From Haliotis rubra (taxonomy: Eukaryota): a stretch of 64,000 nucleotides of DNA. Shown here one piece after another: positions 13,401 through 26,606 of the stretch. The first letter of the stretch is position 1, and each line of letters begins with the position of its first letter. Below the pieces are notes generated by a model. It was not told the origin of the DNA. It searched no databases and was given only the letters and a program-made list of their open reading frames with translations. The stretch spans positions 992,001 to 1,056,000 of the forward strand of contig NW_025767019.1 in NCBI RefSeq assembly GCF_003918875.1, in the 5' to 3' direction. Made by a program: the position numbers and the translations under genes.

Positions 13401-16013
13401 GAATATATCTGGTATAAGGTTAGTCCCTAGCAAATGGTGAACACCATACATTATGTGAGACGGCTGGCAAGTGAGTTAGTTTAGTAAGCCGGGTCTTCGA
13501 CGTGACGAGCGAATGCTTTAAGCACTACGTTACCCCACCGCCTGAGACGGCTAGGTGGACACATGTCGAGAAACCTATATTTGGGGTATACAATATACAA
13601 ATAATTGCTCTTGATTGGTCAGTATAAGAAAACATGAAAAGCAACATGGGACACAGTCTGGGCAGACCATCTCTCAGGTATAATCTTTGGGTCCTATATT
13701 TTCTATATTGATCTTATCAAGATGAATCATTTGTTCTATCTATACTAATGTTCCCTATAAAGTTTATGAATCCTTAACCTGTCTTTGGTTTCATTACAGT
13801 AGCCCGTTAACTGTGAAATGTTACTACCAGACACCACTAAGTTTTCTAGCAGACAAATGTCAATATTCATCACATGACAAGGTAAATATTTGCGGTCAGA
13901 ATCAGGCATGTGATTTGAACATGAACACTGATACGTATTGTTTCATCAAGTGGTATGTATTAACCAATGGAATTGCAAGATTTGAGTACAGGTCGAACAA
14001 TATCTGTTGTCCTTGATCCCAGCATGTGTTGATATTCACTAAGAGAAAGGATACGACAGTGATGATCCATCTTCAGCACACACTGGCGGCAGACACTACA
14101 ATGGTGCGTGCGAGGAGGCTTGGGGGAGATGCACTTCTTGCAGATGGAGACAACTTCCGGCAGGTTCTGCACAGAGAGAATCGTGTCAGTAAGCAACATC
14201 CTGGTCATACTGTCAATTAGCTGGTGTGCTTAATTATTTAATAATATCTCAAAAACATATTTCATAAATATTTAGAAAACATTATAGGCAAGTTGTACTC
14301 AAAGCTGAGGGGTGTCTGGACACAGGTGCACTTATATCAGGAGGGTGTCTGGACACAGGTGTACTTACATCAGAATGTGTCTGGACACAGGTGTACTTAC
14401 AGCAGGAGGTTGTCTGGATACAGGTGTACTTACAGCAGGAGGTTGTCTGGACACAGGTGTACTAATATCAGGAGGGTGTCTGGACACAGGTGTACTTACA
14501 TCAGAATGTGTCTGGACACAGGTGTACTTACATCAGAATGTGTCTGGACACAGGTGTACTTACATCAGAATGTCTGGGCACAGGTGTACTAACATCAGGA
14601 GGGTGTCTGGGCACAGGTGTACTTACATCAGGTGTCTGGACACAGGTGTACTTACATCAGGAGGTTGTCTGGGCACAGGTGTACTAATATCAGGAGGGTG
14701 TCTGGACACAGGTGTACGTACATCAGAATGTGTCTGGGCACAGGTGTACTTACATCAGGAGGTTGTCTGGGCACAGGTGTACTAATATCAGGAGGGTGTC
14801 TGGACACAGGTGTACTTACATCAGAATGTGTCTGGACACAGGTGTACTTACATCAGGAGGTTGTCTGGGCACAGGTGTACTTATATCAAGGGGGTGTCTG
14901 GACACAGGTGTACTTACATCAGGAGGGTGTCTGGGCACAGGTGTACTTACATCAGGAGGGTGTCTGGGCACAGGTGTCATTACATCAGGAGGGTGTCTGG
15001 ACACAGGTGTACTTACATCAGGAGGGTGTCTGGATACAGGTGTACTTATATCAGGAGGGTGTCTGGACACAGGTGTACTTACATCAGGAGGGTGTCTGGG
15101 CACAGGTGTCATTACATCAGGAGGGTGTCTGGACACAGGTGGACTTACATCAGGAGGGTGTCTTGACACTAGTGTACTTACATCAGGAGGCCGTCTGGAC
15201 ACAGGTGTACGTACATCAGGAGGGTGTCTGGACACAGGTGTACCTACATCAGGAGGGTGTCTGGGCACAGGTGTACTTACATCAGGAGGGTGTCTGGGCA
15301 CAGGTGTACCTACATCAGGAGGGTGTCTGGACACAGGTGTACGTTACATCAGGAGGGTGTCTGGACACAGGTGTACTTACATCAGGAGGGTGTCTGGACA
15401 CAGGTGTACCTACATCAGGAGGGTGTCTGGGCACAGGTGTACTTACATCAGGAGGGTGTCTGGGCACAGGTGTACTTACATCAGGAGGGTGTCCTGGGCT
15501 GGTGAAACATGCCATGATGTAGTTGAAGACAATCATAAGAAGCAGCCAGTGCCCGAACACGAGGTGAAACACAGTAGCTGCCATTGACTCGTAGTAAATA
15601 TGTGGCAGGAGACAGACATAGAAGATGGCCACCACCATTGTTGTAAGGAACACAACCATTGTTACCATAATCTGAAATGTTAGGACAAATGTTATAAACT
15701 GTATTCAACATACACACACATATGGACGGACAGATGATGCCCTCCGATGGATGATCTACTCACATGGATAGACACAGAGAAATAGTCTTACCGGACCCAT
15801 ATACTTTGCAAAATGATCCACACACCAAAACATTGGCTCCATCATAGTGTCCGTCGCTGAGTTACAAGAATTATGGTCATTGTAACACAGACTCCTGTAC
15901 AGAAGTGACCACCATTCTCTGTGCCTTTTCATCCATGTCCGCACGCGAGACGGACAATGGTGCACCCTCCATGTGATACGGCCCATTACGAGAAGAGACC
16001 GTAGCACAAACAT
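9792..16013 (-). CDS. ZDHHC16: DHHC palmitoyltransferase ZDHHC16-like; 8 coding exons, ~388 aa
   Basis: Exons (minus): 16013-15792, 15671-15480, 14166-14055, 13195-13062, 12652-12587, 12165-11914, 10693-10623, 9909-9792; phases are consistent (1167 nt). Contains [76 protein letters not shown] and [13 protein letters not shown], as in ZDHHC16. A probable 5' UTR exon ends at 17393. The start could be the downstream MGRITWR ATG. Confidence 0.93.
10111..10497. mobile_element. PIF/Harbinger (Tourist-like) MITE containing a (GT)n microsatellite
   Basis: Imperfect TIR AGGACCGTTCATAAT / ATTATGAACCGTCCCT with TTA flanks. (GT)n at ~10393-10428. Confidence 0.55.
10962..11467. repeat. 39-bp minisatellite (~13 units) in a ZDHHC16 intron
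   Basis: Unit CACAATTCCCCTGCCTGATGCACAGCATTAAGGTGATAA. Confidence 0.95.
11641..11913. repeat. 29-bp minisatellite starting at a ZDHHC16 splice donor
   Basis: Unit CCACTAGACAACGGATAAAGTCTTCACTA, about 7 clean and 2 degenerate copies. Confidence 0.95.
13196..14054 (-). other. U12-type (minor spliceosome) GT-AG intron splitting DHHC|P
   Basis: 5' site GTATCCTTT. Branch-like TTTTCCTCAAC ends about 9 nt before the 3' end of the intron, with no long polypyrimidine tract. Confidence 0.85.
14307..15492. repeat. 33-bp minisatellite (~36 units) made of exon-end plus splice-donor copies
   Basis: Minus-strand unit AGACACCCTCCTGAT|GTAAGTACACCTGTGTCC; the first unit is the real exon/intron junction at 15480. 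Confidence 0.95.
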
Positions 16014-19000
16014 TTGCTGCTTTCAGGAGAGATTCTTCACCTACAACTGAAAAGAAAAAGATGACATCATCTCTTACTTAGTGATTGATATTGGTCAGAC
16101 TTTCACATTGTCATAAATAGCAGTAATGGGTTGTAATATATGCCACAAGATATTGCACCTGTTCTTAAATCTGTTCATGTTTCCATTTTTTAGAAGAAAA
16201 TTAAACCATACTCTTAACTTCCTCTATATTGACCACTTTGATGTTCTACATCTTTCTGCTGCATGTTGCTGTGGTCACGTCTCATGCCTACAGTCACATT
16301 ACATAACATATACAGGAAGCTGGTCACAAATAGTTGTTTGATAACACTATGCTTTTGAAACATGCTATGTACCTACCAATATTTTCCAAACATACTGTGC
16401 TGTATATTAATTATCATTTGACATAATGGTTAAATGGTAATATCACGCACCACTTTTCTAATTACTATCAAAGACACTCTTGTATCACCTGTTTGATGTT
16501 GTGGGTTTTTGCATAGATATTTCCTTTTTTCTGTTTAAGACCAATGGCAAAAAGATCATAAACCTAAAACATACACAATTTCATACACAAACATATTTAA
16601 ATTGCCTCCCTGGATGATTTAATGACATAGCTTTATAGTAGACATCAAATGCTGTATGCTGTACATATTTTTGTCATAACCCCAGCCCCACCCGAATAAA
16701 AAAAAACATTGCAGAGATACAGCACTTCAAATATACAGATATACTATACCACAGTCTGTGGTATATAATAGTAGTATTCTTCTTTACGATAATGATTAAG
16801 TACATTTGAATTGTTTAGGGCTAACAGTGTATTGATGATAATACACTACTTCATTTCTACAGCAACATAACAGATCTGGGTTCATGTTTAATCATAAATC
16901 ATTAATTTATTAAATTTGTTTCAACCTATCACAAATGCTTGGTGTAGTTAAAGAACTAATCAAGAACTAATGATCATCTTAATTTTCTTTTTAGACTAAT
17001 ACCTAGCCTCTGTACGTCAGTCTTTGTGGACTCAAACTCCATGGGCAGTAATAAACAACAAATTGGATCCATGATTTTTAAATATTTTGAAGAGCAATAA
17101 TTTGCAAATTGGTCACACAGCATGCAATAGACGAAAAGAGAGAGAGAGAGAGTTAACACGTCAGTGATTTAAAGTGTTATGTGAATTGAGACCCACTACA
17201 ACGTGTCACTACTGCAGGCTTCCAACACCGTTACTTCCAGACTCAGATTAGCACTGTTGTCATCTTATTGACTGGATCGAAGCATTTGAAGGGGCGCCTG
17301 CCACTTGTCCAGTGCCAATGCTGCCGTGAACGGTAACAGTGCATCAACTAACATGACAATTTCAACTAACTGTAACAACTGTTGACAATTACCTTTCAAA
17401 TCATCTTTGTCGGTGATTCTGACGTCATTGCACGTTACAATTTACAAACTACGATTAATAGTTCTACAGTTCTACTGCTTTGGGCACGAGATCAGGAAGT
17501 AGGTTGTGTCCCTTTGTGTACAAGATTACAAGCTCCTCACAGAGACGACCCATCCTCGGCGGACAACAAAAATTGTCACGCGCTGGTAAGGAGCTTGACA
17601 AGATTTACAACTCGGAAAACTCTCGGCATTTTCCGCGAATGCATTCGGTTCACTACAACTATCTGCATGCGTGAGGAAAGTTTGCTTTACGTCTCATCAT
17701 CAGATTTAACAGCTATTCGGCATCAAAACCGCTTCAAGTGTTTTCAACTTCTTCACCACAGGAGTATGAAGATATCACTCAGCAGATTGATTGCAAAACA
17801 CAAATTCTCTATTTGTACTGTTGTTTGAAAAGTCCATGGGTTCATGGGTAAATGAATCGGACGTCAATGTATTTATATAATTAACGTTGCGTTTTTACAG
17901 TATTTTTCATCTTTTGGTTTTACGTGAGATATGTTGTGAAATGTATTAAAGTGGACTTCTAAAATATCAACGCGATTTTTTGGAGACTTTTGTCTATGTA
18001 TGTTCCTAATTCGTTTGATCGGCTCTGAGATCAGCTCACGTGGCTATCGGTCACACAAAACCATGTCTCAAATCACCTCTGGTACGCACACAGCTTGATC
18101 CACGATGTCCATAAAAGTCTTTCTTAACATATGTATTCATATTTTGTGCCACAGCTCCCCACGAGAAGTTGACACATGCACATCGTGGCGATGATAGGTC
18201 AGTGTATCTGTGACTGGGGTCTAGTCCCAGACAGATTTCGAGTTGAGATGAATCTCACTCTGGAAAATAAGCTTGTACTTTGAGCTAATTTCCTTAGTTG
18301 GTGTGAGTAGCTACTGCGCAGTGTAGAGAAAATTAGGATTTCAGGATCGGTAATAAGTCTGTTAGATCAATGTATTCAACTGCGTTGGTTGTTCTTCATT
18401 AGATCCAGGGAGACTATATAAGGCCTGTTGTAGAGTATCCCTATTAGATCTTACATTTACAGAAGGACGCAGCTGCATAGCGAATAATAACTCGGTACGA
18501 TAAAGAAATGTTATGTGTGGGATAATTCTGACAGGTCTCAATGACACGTGTAAAATATATTTAAAGCCCCCATACAATAATCCCCTCATATTCCTCTGTG
18601 ACCACCACCTGTAACTTCAGATACACAAACAACATAACCAATTTCATGATAAACAAACATTTTACTAACGCTTGTAACGTTTTTTCGATAAGGCATGAAT
18701 GAAATTCTCACAACTAACAAGTACATGTATAGGGGTGAGTAGTCACTCAGTGTTAACGTCAAAGTAAGCAAGGCAGTTAAATTAAACAAGGTGCGTGGAA
18801 AGATTCAGTTACAGTGAGTAAAACGCCGCTTGTAACGGTTTTTCAGTTATATCACGGCGTGTACCACCAGAGATACACATGAACAAAGGTGTGGTGCAGA
18901 CAAACCGCAAATAATAATCAGGGCGAGTCTGGACCTCGAACTCTTGATCCAAATATCCTGACAGGTACGTAAAGGAACAAAGCAAAAGGGCGCCTTTTAC

Positions 19001-19380
19001 CCCTGGGCTACCCCTGCCCTATATTCATGCTGCAATGAATACCAAGTCCAATGTCGTACACACCCTACATGAGCAGTACTACAATTGCATTCAACATCAC
19101 TTGGATAGTTGTATGAAACAAGAGGTAAAAACGACCGTCTATATTTCACAAGTTCATCTCTTCAAATGTGTTGTGATTCAACACTGGACGACGGATGCTC
19201 ACAAAATAGTTGACGACACACTTCAGTGTCTGGTACATCCAACAAAGACCTTTCAGTTTGTTGACACTGACACAAGCATGTTGGCATGTTGGCATGTATG
19301 ACCAATGCGTCCTCTCATCACCATAGCTACACTTCAGGTGAAAATGTGGTGAGCATCTCTAAAGGCTGCCTCGTGACTGG

Positions 19381-20866
19381 TTACATGCAGAACATTTCCT
19401 CTGATGCCTCAGTTTTGGCTGTCGTATGTTCGTATTTGACTGGATTACTCTGTGCCGCCTGTGTCCCGCCCACACTTTCCTGGGAGCCACGCCCACCTTC
19501 GTCCCGACCACGCCGGGACATCTCCACTAACATCTCCGCAGCTGCCAGAACTTTCTTCCTCTGAGCTCTCTGTCCCTTGCGGTATCTACTGAGAGACTGG
19601 GCATCCTTCAAGGACAACCCTGTACCCATATGGAGGGACGGAATCCAGTCTGGACTAGAGATGTCGTACAGTGTAGATGGTTTACCTGAAATTAAGACGA
19701 TGGGGGTAATTGATGGACTCGGAAACAAAATATACATTCGTTTGTATCGGTTATTGACATTACCCAACTGAAAGAAAAATGGCTGATAATTTAATACAAG
19801 TACGCACGGTGAAAATACCATCAAAATTTTAAAAAGAAATTAAGCGTATTTGCATGTAGGCAACTCGAGGTTATATTTTTGCTGCTTGACTATGGTAATA
19901 TATTTGGCGTATTTTACGTAAATACACAGCTTATCTGGGGCTCTGGATGTATGGATTATAACTGTCCAGTATCTGTGTCTTGACGAACACAAAGAAATCA
20001 GGTCCCTGTTGAAAGTATAAGGGAGAATGAAATGTCCCTACTTTTCCCCACGCATCCCAAGGAGGGATAGGTCTGCCGACATGCCAACCGGCGAAGGCGA
20101 CCTCAAAAGCACCTAACACAACAACAACAACAAACCCTACTTTTTACATGGAGCTGATGTCCCTGGTTATCTTTATCCGACGTTTATCCGCGACATGTTT
20201 TTTAGAAGTTGGGACTTGCGGCTGGACAACTTTAATTACTATACGTAGGGCATACCGTCACCGAAATAATGCATGGTGTGGAACAGAAGAGCTCCATAAG
20301 GATTTCTCACGTATCAACATATGGCCAATAGGCTCATGGTTTGCTATGTTGATTAATAACCATGATAATGTCGTAAGAAAGGAATGGGGGAGATTGTTTA
20401 ATGAACCTATTCCTAACTTGTCCTTGCCCTTTCTCCGAACATAAGTTATATTTCGCAACAGTAATCAATATCAAAGCTATACCCCGTGCCCCGATAATGT
20501 GGGTACTTTCTTATGCCAACAATTATGATTTTAAAAACCGCCAGGTCACGATCGTCCAGCCATTCAATCCAAACCAAGGATATATTGTAATTTTTCCTGG
20601 AGGCATTTCCCCCTCGGATTGCAAACTAAACATACTGACACACATATCTCCTAACCTGACACGAAATGATCCGAACATATTTTGGTGTACTTGGTTGGAG
20701 TGTAGTTATCCCTCCCGAGTTTAGCTATCCATTGGGCTCGTCGTTGCTCGGATAATTCTCGCGTTCGATCTCCCTGATTCACGATAACTGCCGGGATGGA
20801 ATGGTACGACTTGCCGTCCCGATTTGATCTGTTCGAACATCCTCTTACTGAACAGCAGTTCACCAT
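19381..20866 (-). CDS. THAP-domain protein (2 exons, ~171 aa), probably transposon-derived
   Basis: Exon 20866-20656 (MVNCCSVRGCSNR...HSIP...RRAQWIAKLGR..YTPTKYTKICSDHFVSG, a C2CH THAP finger) splices in phase to 19685-19381 (KPSTLYDISSPDWIPSL...). No DDE domain seen. Confidence 0.7.
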
Positions 20867-21176
20867 TGCTGTTCTGGTGTCATGGCATCCCGTAAACAAA
20901 TTAGGATGTAAGTAGATTTAGTTTCTATTTGACCTCAAACATGGCGGATTTTTCCCACAAAGATGGCGGCACTTGCAATCGGCAGACTTCGTGGAATCTT
21001 GGACACTCGGAAAGATCGATGTGGAAAGAAGCTCCTTGCAGTGATATGAACCACATGTACGCTCTTCTGGGGAGTCATGGTTGCAGGCACTGAGTAAGAG
21101 CTTTTGTGTATATGCGGGGGAGGTTATCTGTGTTATTTGAGAGTGTGCGATTTATTGTAGCTTTCATCAGCCGTGA

Positions 21177-21258
21177 GGTAGCGTGGCCGAGCGGTCTAAG
21201 GCGCTGGTTTTAGGCACCAGTCTCTCAGGAGGCGTGGGTTCGAATCCCACCGCTGCCA
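21177..21258 (+). tRNA. tRNA-Leu(TAG)
   Basis: 82 nt GGTAGCGTGGCCGAGCGGTCTAAGGCGCTGGTTTTAGGCACCAG...GGTTCGAATCCCACCGCTGCCA, followed by an oligo-T terminator. Confidence 0.97.
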
Positions 21259-21621
21259 TAATATTTTTTTATTATTCAGGTCACTGAAATTTTACTTTAC
21301 ATTTTCATTACTATTGAACTGATGCACCGAATTACCCAGTCAGTATTGCTTGCTTTTATAGTAGATCTGAAGCTTGTGTCGTCGTCGGTGGGTAGGTCTC
21401 ACCTCAGTTTCCTTCAGCGTAAAACTTTTGAAATGCACTCTTAACTTACGTCAGGGTAACGGGAAATCCAACCGCGACGCCTCAATCGGTAATCAGCAGA
21501 AAGCTTGTCTAAACATTCAAATGACATGCTCACAGCACTTTCATATTAATGTTTTCAGTAAAACCATGTTTTTCAAATTCAGCCAATAATGTGAGATCAA
21601 TGGAACGGTTGCAAGCCGAAG

Positions 21622-21703
21622 GGTAGCGTGGCCGAGCGGTCTAAGGCGCTGGTTTTAGGCACCAGTCTCTCAGGAGGCGTGGGTTCGAATCCCACCGCTG
21701 CCA
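21622..21703 (+). tRNA. tRNA-Leu(TAG)
   Basis: Identical to the 21177 copy. Confidence 0.97.
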
Positions 21704-22402
21704 ACATATATTTTGTGATTCAGGTCACTAAGCGTTAACTTTTATTGTCTTTCATTTTCATGTTATTGAACTGACGCACCGACTTTCTCCGTAAGTAATG
21801 CTTGCATGTTATATAGTAGATATGAAGCTTGTGTCGGAGGAGGAAGAGGGTAGGTCTCAACTCAGTTTTCTTCAGCGTAAAACTCTTAACTTATGTCTGC
21901 GTAACGGCAAATCAAACCGCGACGCCTCAAGCGGTAATCAGTAGATAGATTGTCTAAAACACTAGAATGAAATGCTCACAGCACTTTCATATTTTTAGTA
22001 AAAACCATGTCTTTCAAATTCCAACTTTACTGGGTGCTGAGACCATATCCTAGCTACTATATGGTCTGGGCTGGATGTAACTTATATTTCTGGTGAATGA
22101 CAACATATTGTCATAGTCGCCACATTCTTGTAAGAGGCCGAGGGACGAAACCCCTAATGGAATATTTGGAACATACGACCACACGAAAAAACACCTTTTG
22201 GCTTTGCGTTTCAATACTAATCAATGTAGGGATTGACGTTGTATTCTTCATTATTTCATGAAGGGATTAGAAAGTTTACCATATATCGAATTTCGCGCAT
22301 CATGGAATGTTTGATAATGTGTGGCATTGTTCCTGATGAACGTCGGCGAATGACAGCTTCAGTTATTAAATGTGAGATCAATGAAACAATTCAAAGCCGT
22401 AA

Positions 22403-22484
22403 GGTAGCGTGGCCGAGCGGTCTAAGGCGCTGGTTTTAGGCACCAGTCTCTCAGGAGGCGTGGGTTCGAATCCCACCGCTGCCA
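22403..22484 (+). tRNA. tRNA-Leu(TAG)
   Basis: Identical to the 21177 copy; T-run downstream. Confidence 0.97.
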
Positions 22485-22595
22485 TATTGTTTTTTTTAAA
22501 CGAAAGTCACTATATTTCATAGTAGTTCCCGCGGTGATATGCCGGAAGATTGTTTAAAAGGGGGCGTAATACCATACTCGCTCACCCTTCAGATG

Positions 22596-23172
22596 ACTAA
22601 AGTACTGTCGGAAATGCTAGAAAAATGCTTTTTAGCCTTAATATCTTTAGAAAGGTGATAAATGTATTATGTTGTCAATATATCAACTCACCTATAGTGT
22701 ACCTAATTTTTATTTCAATTGATTTAACATTCCCATGCATTTAAAGGGCAGTTTACAGGAGAGAATTTGGTACCAAAACAACAACTTAAGATTTTTTCAG
22801 AGTTCAACAACAGAAATCTGAAATAGTCTTTACATAACCAATACGTATACCATACGTACACATATATAACATTTTGAAGAAAACATCTAATGAGATGACC
22901 CCTCGCCCGAGCGTGTGCTCAGGTGTCAATTTCACCTGTCGTGGATGCTGATGACGTAACACAGGCAGTTAATGTTTGTATCAAATAACCAAGTTTTTGG
23001 TATTTTCATCAGTAAAAACACATTTTAGAGCATGTCTAAAAAATTATTCCCTCGGTCTACATTAGGTAGATGTTTCTTAAAGTGATATTTGTTATTTAAG
23101 TAACTGTAATACCTCTGAATTTTAAAAATAAGTCAAAAAGCATTTTTCTAGCATTTCCGATAGTACTTTAGT
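22596..23172. mobile_element. MITE with ~38-bp TIR (AAGTACTGTCGGAAAT family)
   Basis: ACTAAAGTACTGTCGGAAATGCTAGAAAAATGCTTTTT versus AAAAAGCATTTTTCTAGCATTTCCGATAGTACTTTAGT. Confidence 0.85.
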
Positions 23173-24976
23173 AATTCTGGCATCAAATTGAAATATATAT
23201 ATGGCTATAACGACAGTTATGCGGTGAAAAATGGCATGAATCAAGAACTTACTGAATGCTCATTGTTAAATGTTCCCATTTTCTAGACCAATCAAATCAC
23301 GAGATATTACGTCCCGTTATGTCCTCTTTCTCTTGAACAAATAGTGTAACGTCATTTGCATATATATGCTTATTTTAGGAACGGCAATATGTTATAATCC
23401 TCAAAACAATACGCCACGATCTTTTGATAGTGATTTCTTACCAGAACAGATTTCAAAACACTGAATTACGTTAAAAAGTAGGATGCCGTATATTGCTGCA
23501 AAACTGCTTACAGGATTTTTATGATAATAATTTGGGTACTGTCATAAACTGTCAAAAATACAAATGGGAAATACTCAAGAGATATGTCTTGATTCATAAC
23601 TGTGTAAAATATTTCATAAGTTATAAATTATGCAATTATAATACAGGAATAATACTTGAATCTTCGTAATGGCTATCACAATATTTCCAGTGCACCCAGT
23701 AATATTAACTCGCTCACCCATGCTATATGCACGTGTTTTCGTGGCCAAGTTTGGATTAGCCACAGGTCTTTGTATTTTAACAGGAATAATGCTGGCATGG
23801 TCTCACATTTTCAAGCATTGCTACCAAGATATAGTAAACACCCCTCCCTTTTTATCGAAAACCCACAGTATCTTTCTACAAAACAAAATTTAGCAGATAT
23901 ATGAGACAAACCCCAAAGTGGTGTCTTTTGCTAGTTGCGGAATTTTGGCATTTATATTCTTATCGGTTTCCATGGAAACGACACTTAGTCTCCAAAGGGA
24001 GGGAGGGACTTCGTTTCCGGAGCATAACTCGAAAATCGTTCAACATCTTTCTACAAGACTTGGCAAATATATCAAACAGATCTTGAGTGTTGCCATTTGC
24101 CATTTGCTATTTGCAAATATTTTCCATTTATATTTTTCATGATTTTAATGGAAATGATTTGGATTTAGTCTTTAGGATTTTAAGTAACTGTCAGATGATT
24201 TGTTCTTTCAAATTTGTTAGGACCGGGGGAATTTGTCATCTTCTAATGACTCTTGTTTGTTGTAAAACCCAGTTGCTTATCTACAGTCAAACACTGCAGG
24301 GTGAATAACCCACTCACCCCTTCAATATTCTTAGCAACATATGGCACAGCTATCATTTATTACATAATAATGAAGGTTGAAAGATCATACTATATATATA
24401 GTATAAACAGTCCGTGGGAAAAAGATCAAATTGTTAAAGCCATGCTCTTATTGCGTTCATAAAAATGAATGCATATTTATCATTCGCATTTTGTTTTCAT
24501 ATGACTGTTAAGCCAACTTGATGAGATACACGCAGATAGAAAACATTCAACCGTGTTGCATACGAGGCCTGAGGTCAGCTATACGTACACAACATATACA
24601 GTAACTACATCGGACAAATAATGAATAAACAAACATTTGATATAAGTTAATTTACATCTGTTTCTGAAGAGCTAAAGTTGCAGTACATGTATATAGATTA
24701 TATTACACACGTCGTGTCCTGCACTCGATTATACTGGTTCTCCTGACAGAACGCGCATCTTGCAGACAAAACTGGGTACCTTTCTATCACCACGTGGTAC
24801 AGTGTAATAATGTGGAAACGCCAGGTGTAGGATGTTCAACAGTGACTCTGACTCCATATACGTACATGTATATTATTACAATTTCGCGTATACACATAAC
24901 AAAATACCCATGTACCCTTCAATCCGCACTCGAGGCCTAAATTGATAAACAAGTCATGTCGCTTCGTCGCCCATCA

Positions 24977-25058
24977 GGTAGCGTGGCCGAGCGGTCTAAG
25001 GCGCTGGTTTAAGGCACCAGTCTCTTTGGAGGCGTGGGTTCGAATCCCACCGCTGCCA
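24977..25058 (+). tRNA. tRNA-Leu(AAG)
   Basis: Same body with anticodon arm CTGGT-TTAAGGC-ACCAG; T-run downstream. Confidence 0.97.
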
Positions 25059-26606
25059 TCATCTTTTTTTCTCTTCTTTTTCTTCTGGTTGTAGTTTATC
25101 ATTCATCTGAAACTGACAGAGCAGTCATAATATTACCAAAATACTAAAATACTTTCCAGTAAAAGGTTGTCTTCAAAGGGATTCACCTTCTATGAACGTT
25201 TTGACCATACTTTTGGAGCGTTCACGTGAGGGGGTAACACACCTCATAGAATGCATATGTGGCCATGGTGTACAAATGCCATTATATTTATTGTTACACC
25301 ACTTAACAAAACACACATGTATATGGGCTTTATCGAGGACCCTGTTGGTGGTTCCATGACATTTTATACCACATTTTAGACACACCATCCTCGCGAAGTC
25401 AGTAAGTTGCTCCATTTGGCTTTGTCGCATATAAACTTACGACAAAAAGTCAGGGGAAACGATGACATTATACTGACAATAAATATGTGTAAAATCAGTT
25501 TTGACTTTGAGAAACAATATCTTCGGTGTCCTCCATGTTGGGTGAGACATATAGGACACCTTGATGGCATACTTTCGCATGTTTCCCCATGTTATTGCTA
25601 ACCATTCCGCCTGACGAGCTATCACCTCACCCTGTCAAACTATAAATAGACAGGATCTTTATGGGACAACAAAAGTTTGGGTCATTAGTTGTTGTTGTTG
25701 TTTGTTTTGTATTTCTTTCTTTCTTTCTTTCTTTTTTTTTTTTGGGAAATCAGTTATCACTACAAAAGAAAGAAAAATATATGTAAACAATACACTTCAG
25801 TATGTAATGCAGGTCATAGTCGGTGAAAGCAGATATATGCTATGAAGTTTCAGGCGCTCAAGACATTTTCTTTGTTTTATCGTTATTAGTTAGTGAGTGA
25901 GTGAGTTTAGTTTTACGCCGCGCTCAGCAATATTTCAGCTATTTGGTGGCGGTCTGTAAATAATCCTTTTTATTTATTGACATGAACAACGTATCTCTAA
26001 CTTGTTACAGCGCGAGTAAACTGTCGTCCGAAAATAACTTGTCTTAATCTTTACAATTTGAAAGTAAGTAAGCATTAGATCCACAAACACGAGCAAAGGG
26101 TTGGATCCGGAAATGTATAAGATGAACGAAAGCATAAACTCCGACGATAAGCAAAGTAGGGCAAAAGTTACTGTTTCGAAATACCTGTCCAAGGGGCCGA
26201 AGACGCTGTCAAGTGATCTCACTGACTTGTCTGAAACGCTATAAGGTATTTCAAAATAAATAAAGCGTGAACCTGACGTGGCAAGGAGGCAAAAGGAACA
26301 GTTTTCATGTTTCAGTCCATGCATTAAGTTGTGTGTGGTCGCCATGTGGCCTAACCCTGCGACCATGTACACTGTGATACAAGTAAACATTTCAAAGATT
26401 TAATAAAATACGCTTACCTGCCGCATATATGACTGTGTGTTGATAAAATTGATAGCGTACGAAAATCTCGTCTGCTTGACCCCGTTCCTTCCCCGGAACT
26501 ACCGATATTCAGCGTACGTTTACAACACGCATTTTAATTGGCCGTCGACATCTCGATTATCCAATGACTGTACGCTTAACTGCAATGAAGAAGTAAAGGA
26601 TTCAAG

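Noticed and set aside
14293-15587. Long ORFs (up to 301 aa) on both strands
   Set aside because: By-products of the stop-poor 33-bp minisatellite. Only the minus-strand continuation of the ZDHHC16 exon is meaningful.
17382-17828. 148-aa plus-strand ORF
   Set aside because: Non-ATG start and no recognisable domain; it overlaps the likely ZDHHC16 5' exon and promoter.
25974-26390. 138-aa minus-strand ORF
   Set aside because: No recognisable homology; probably chance in the CpG-richer promoter flank.
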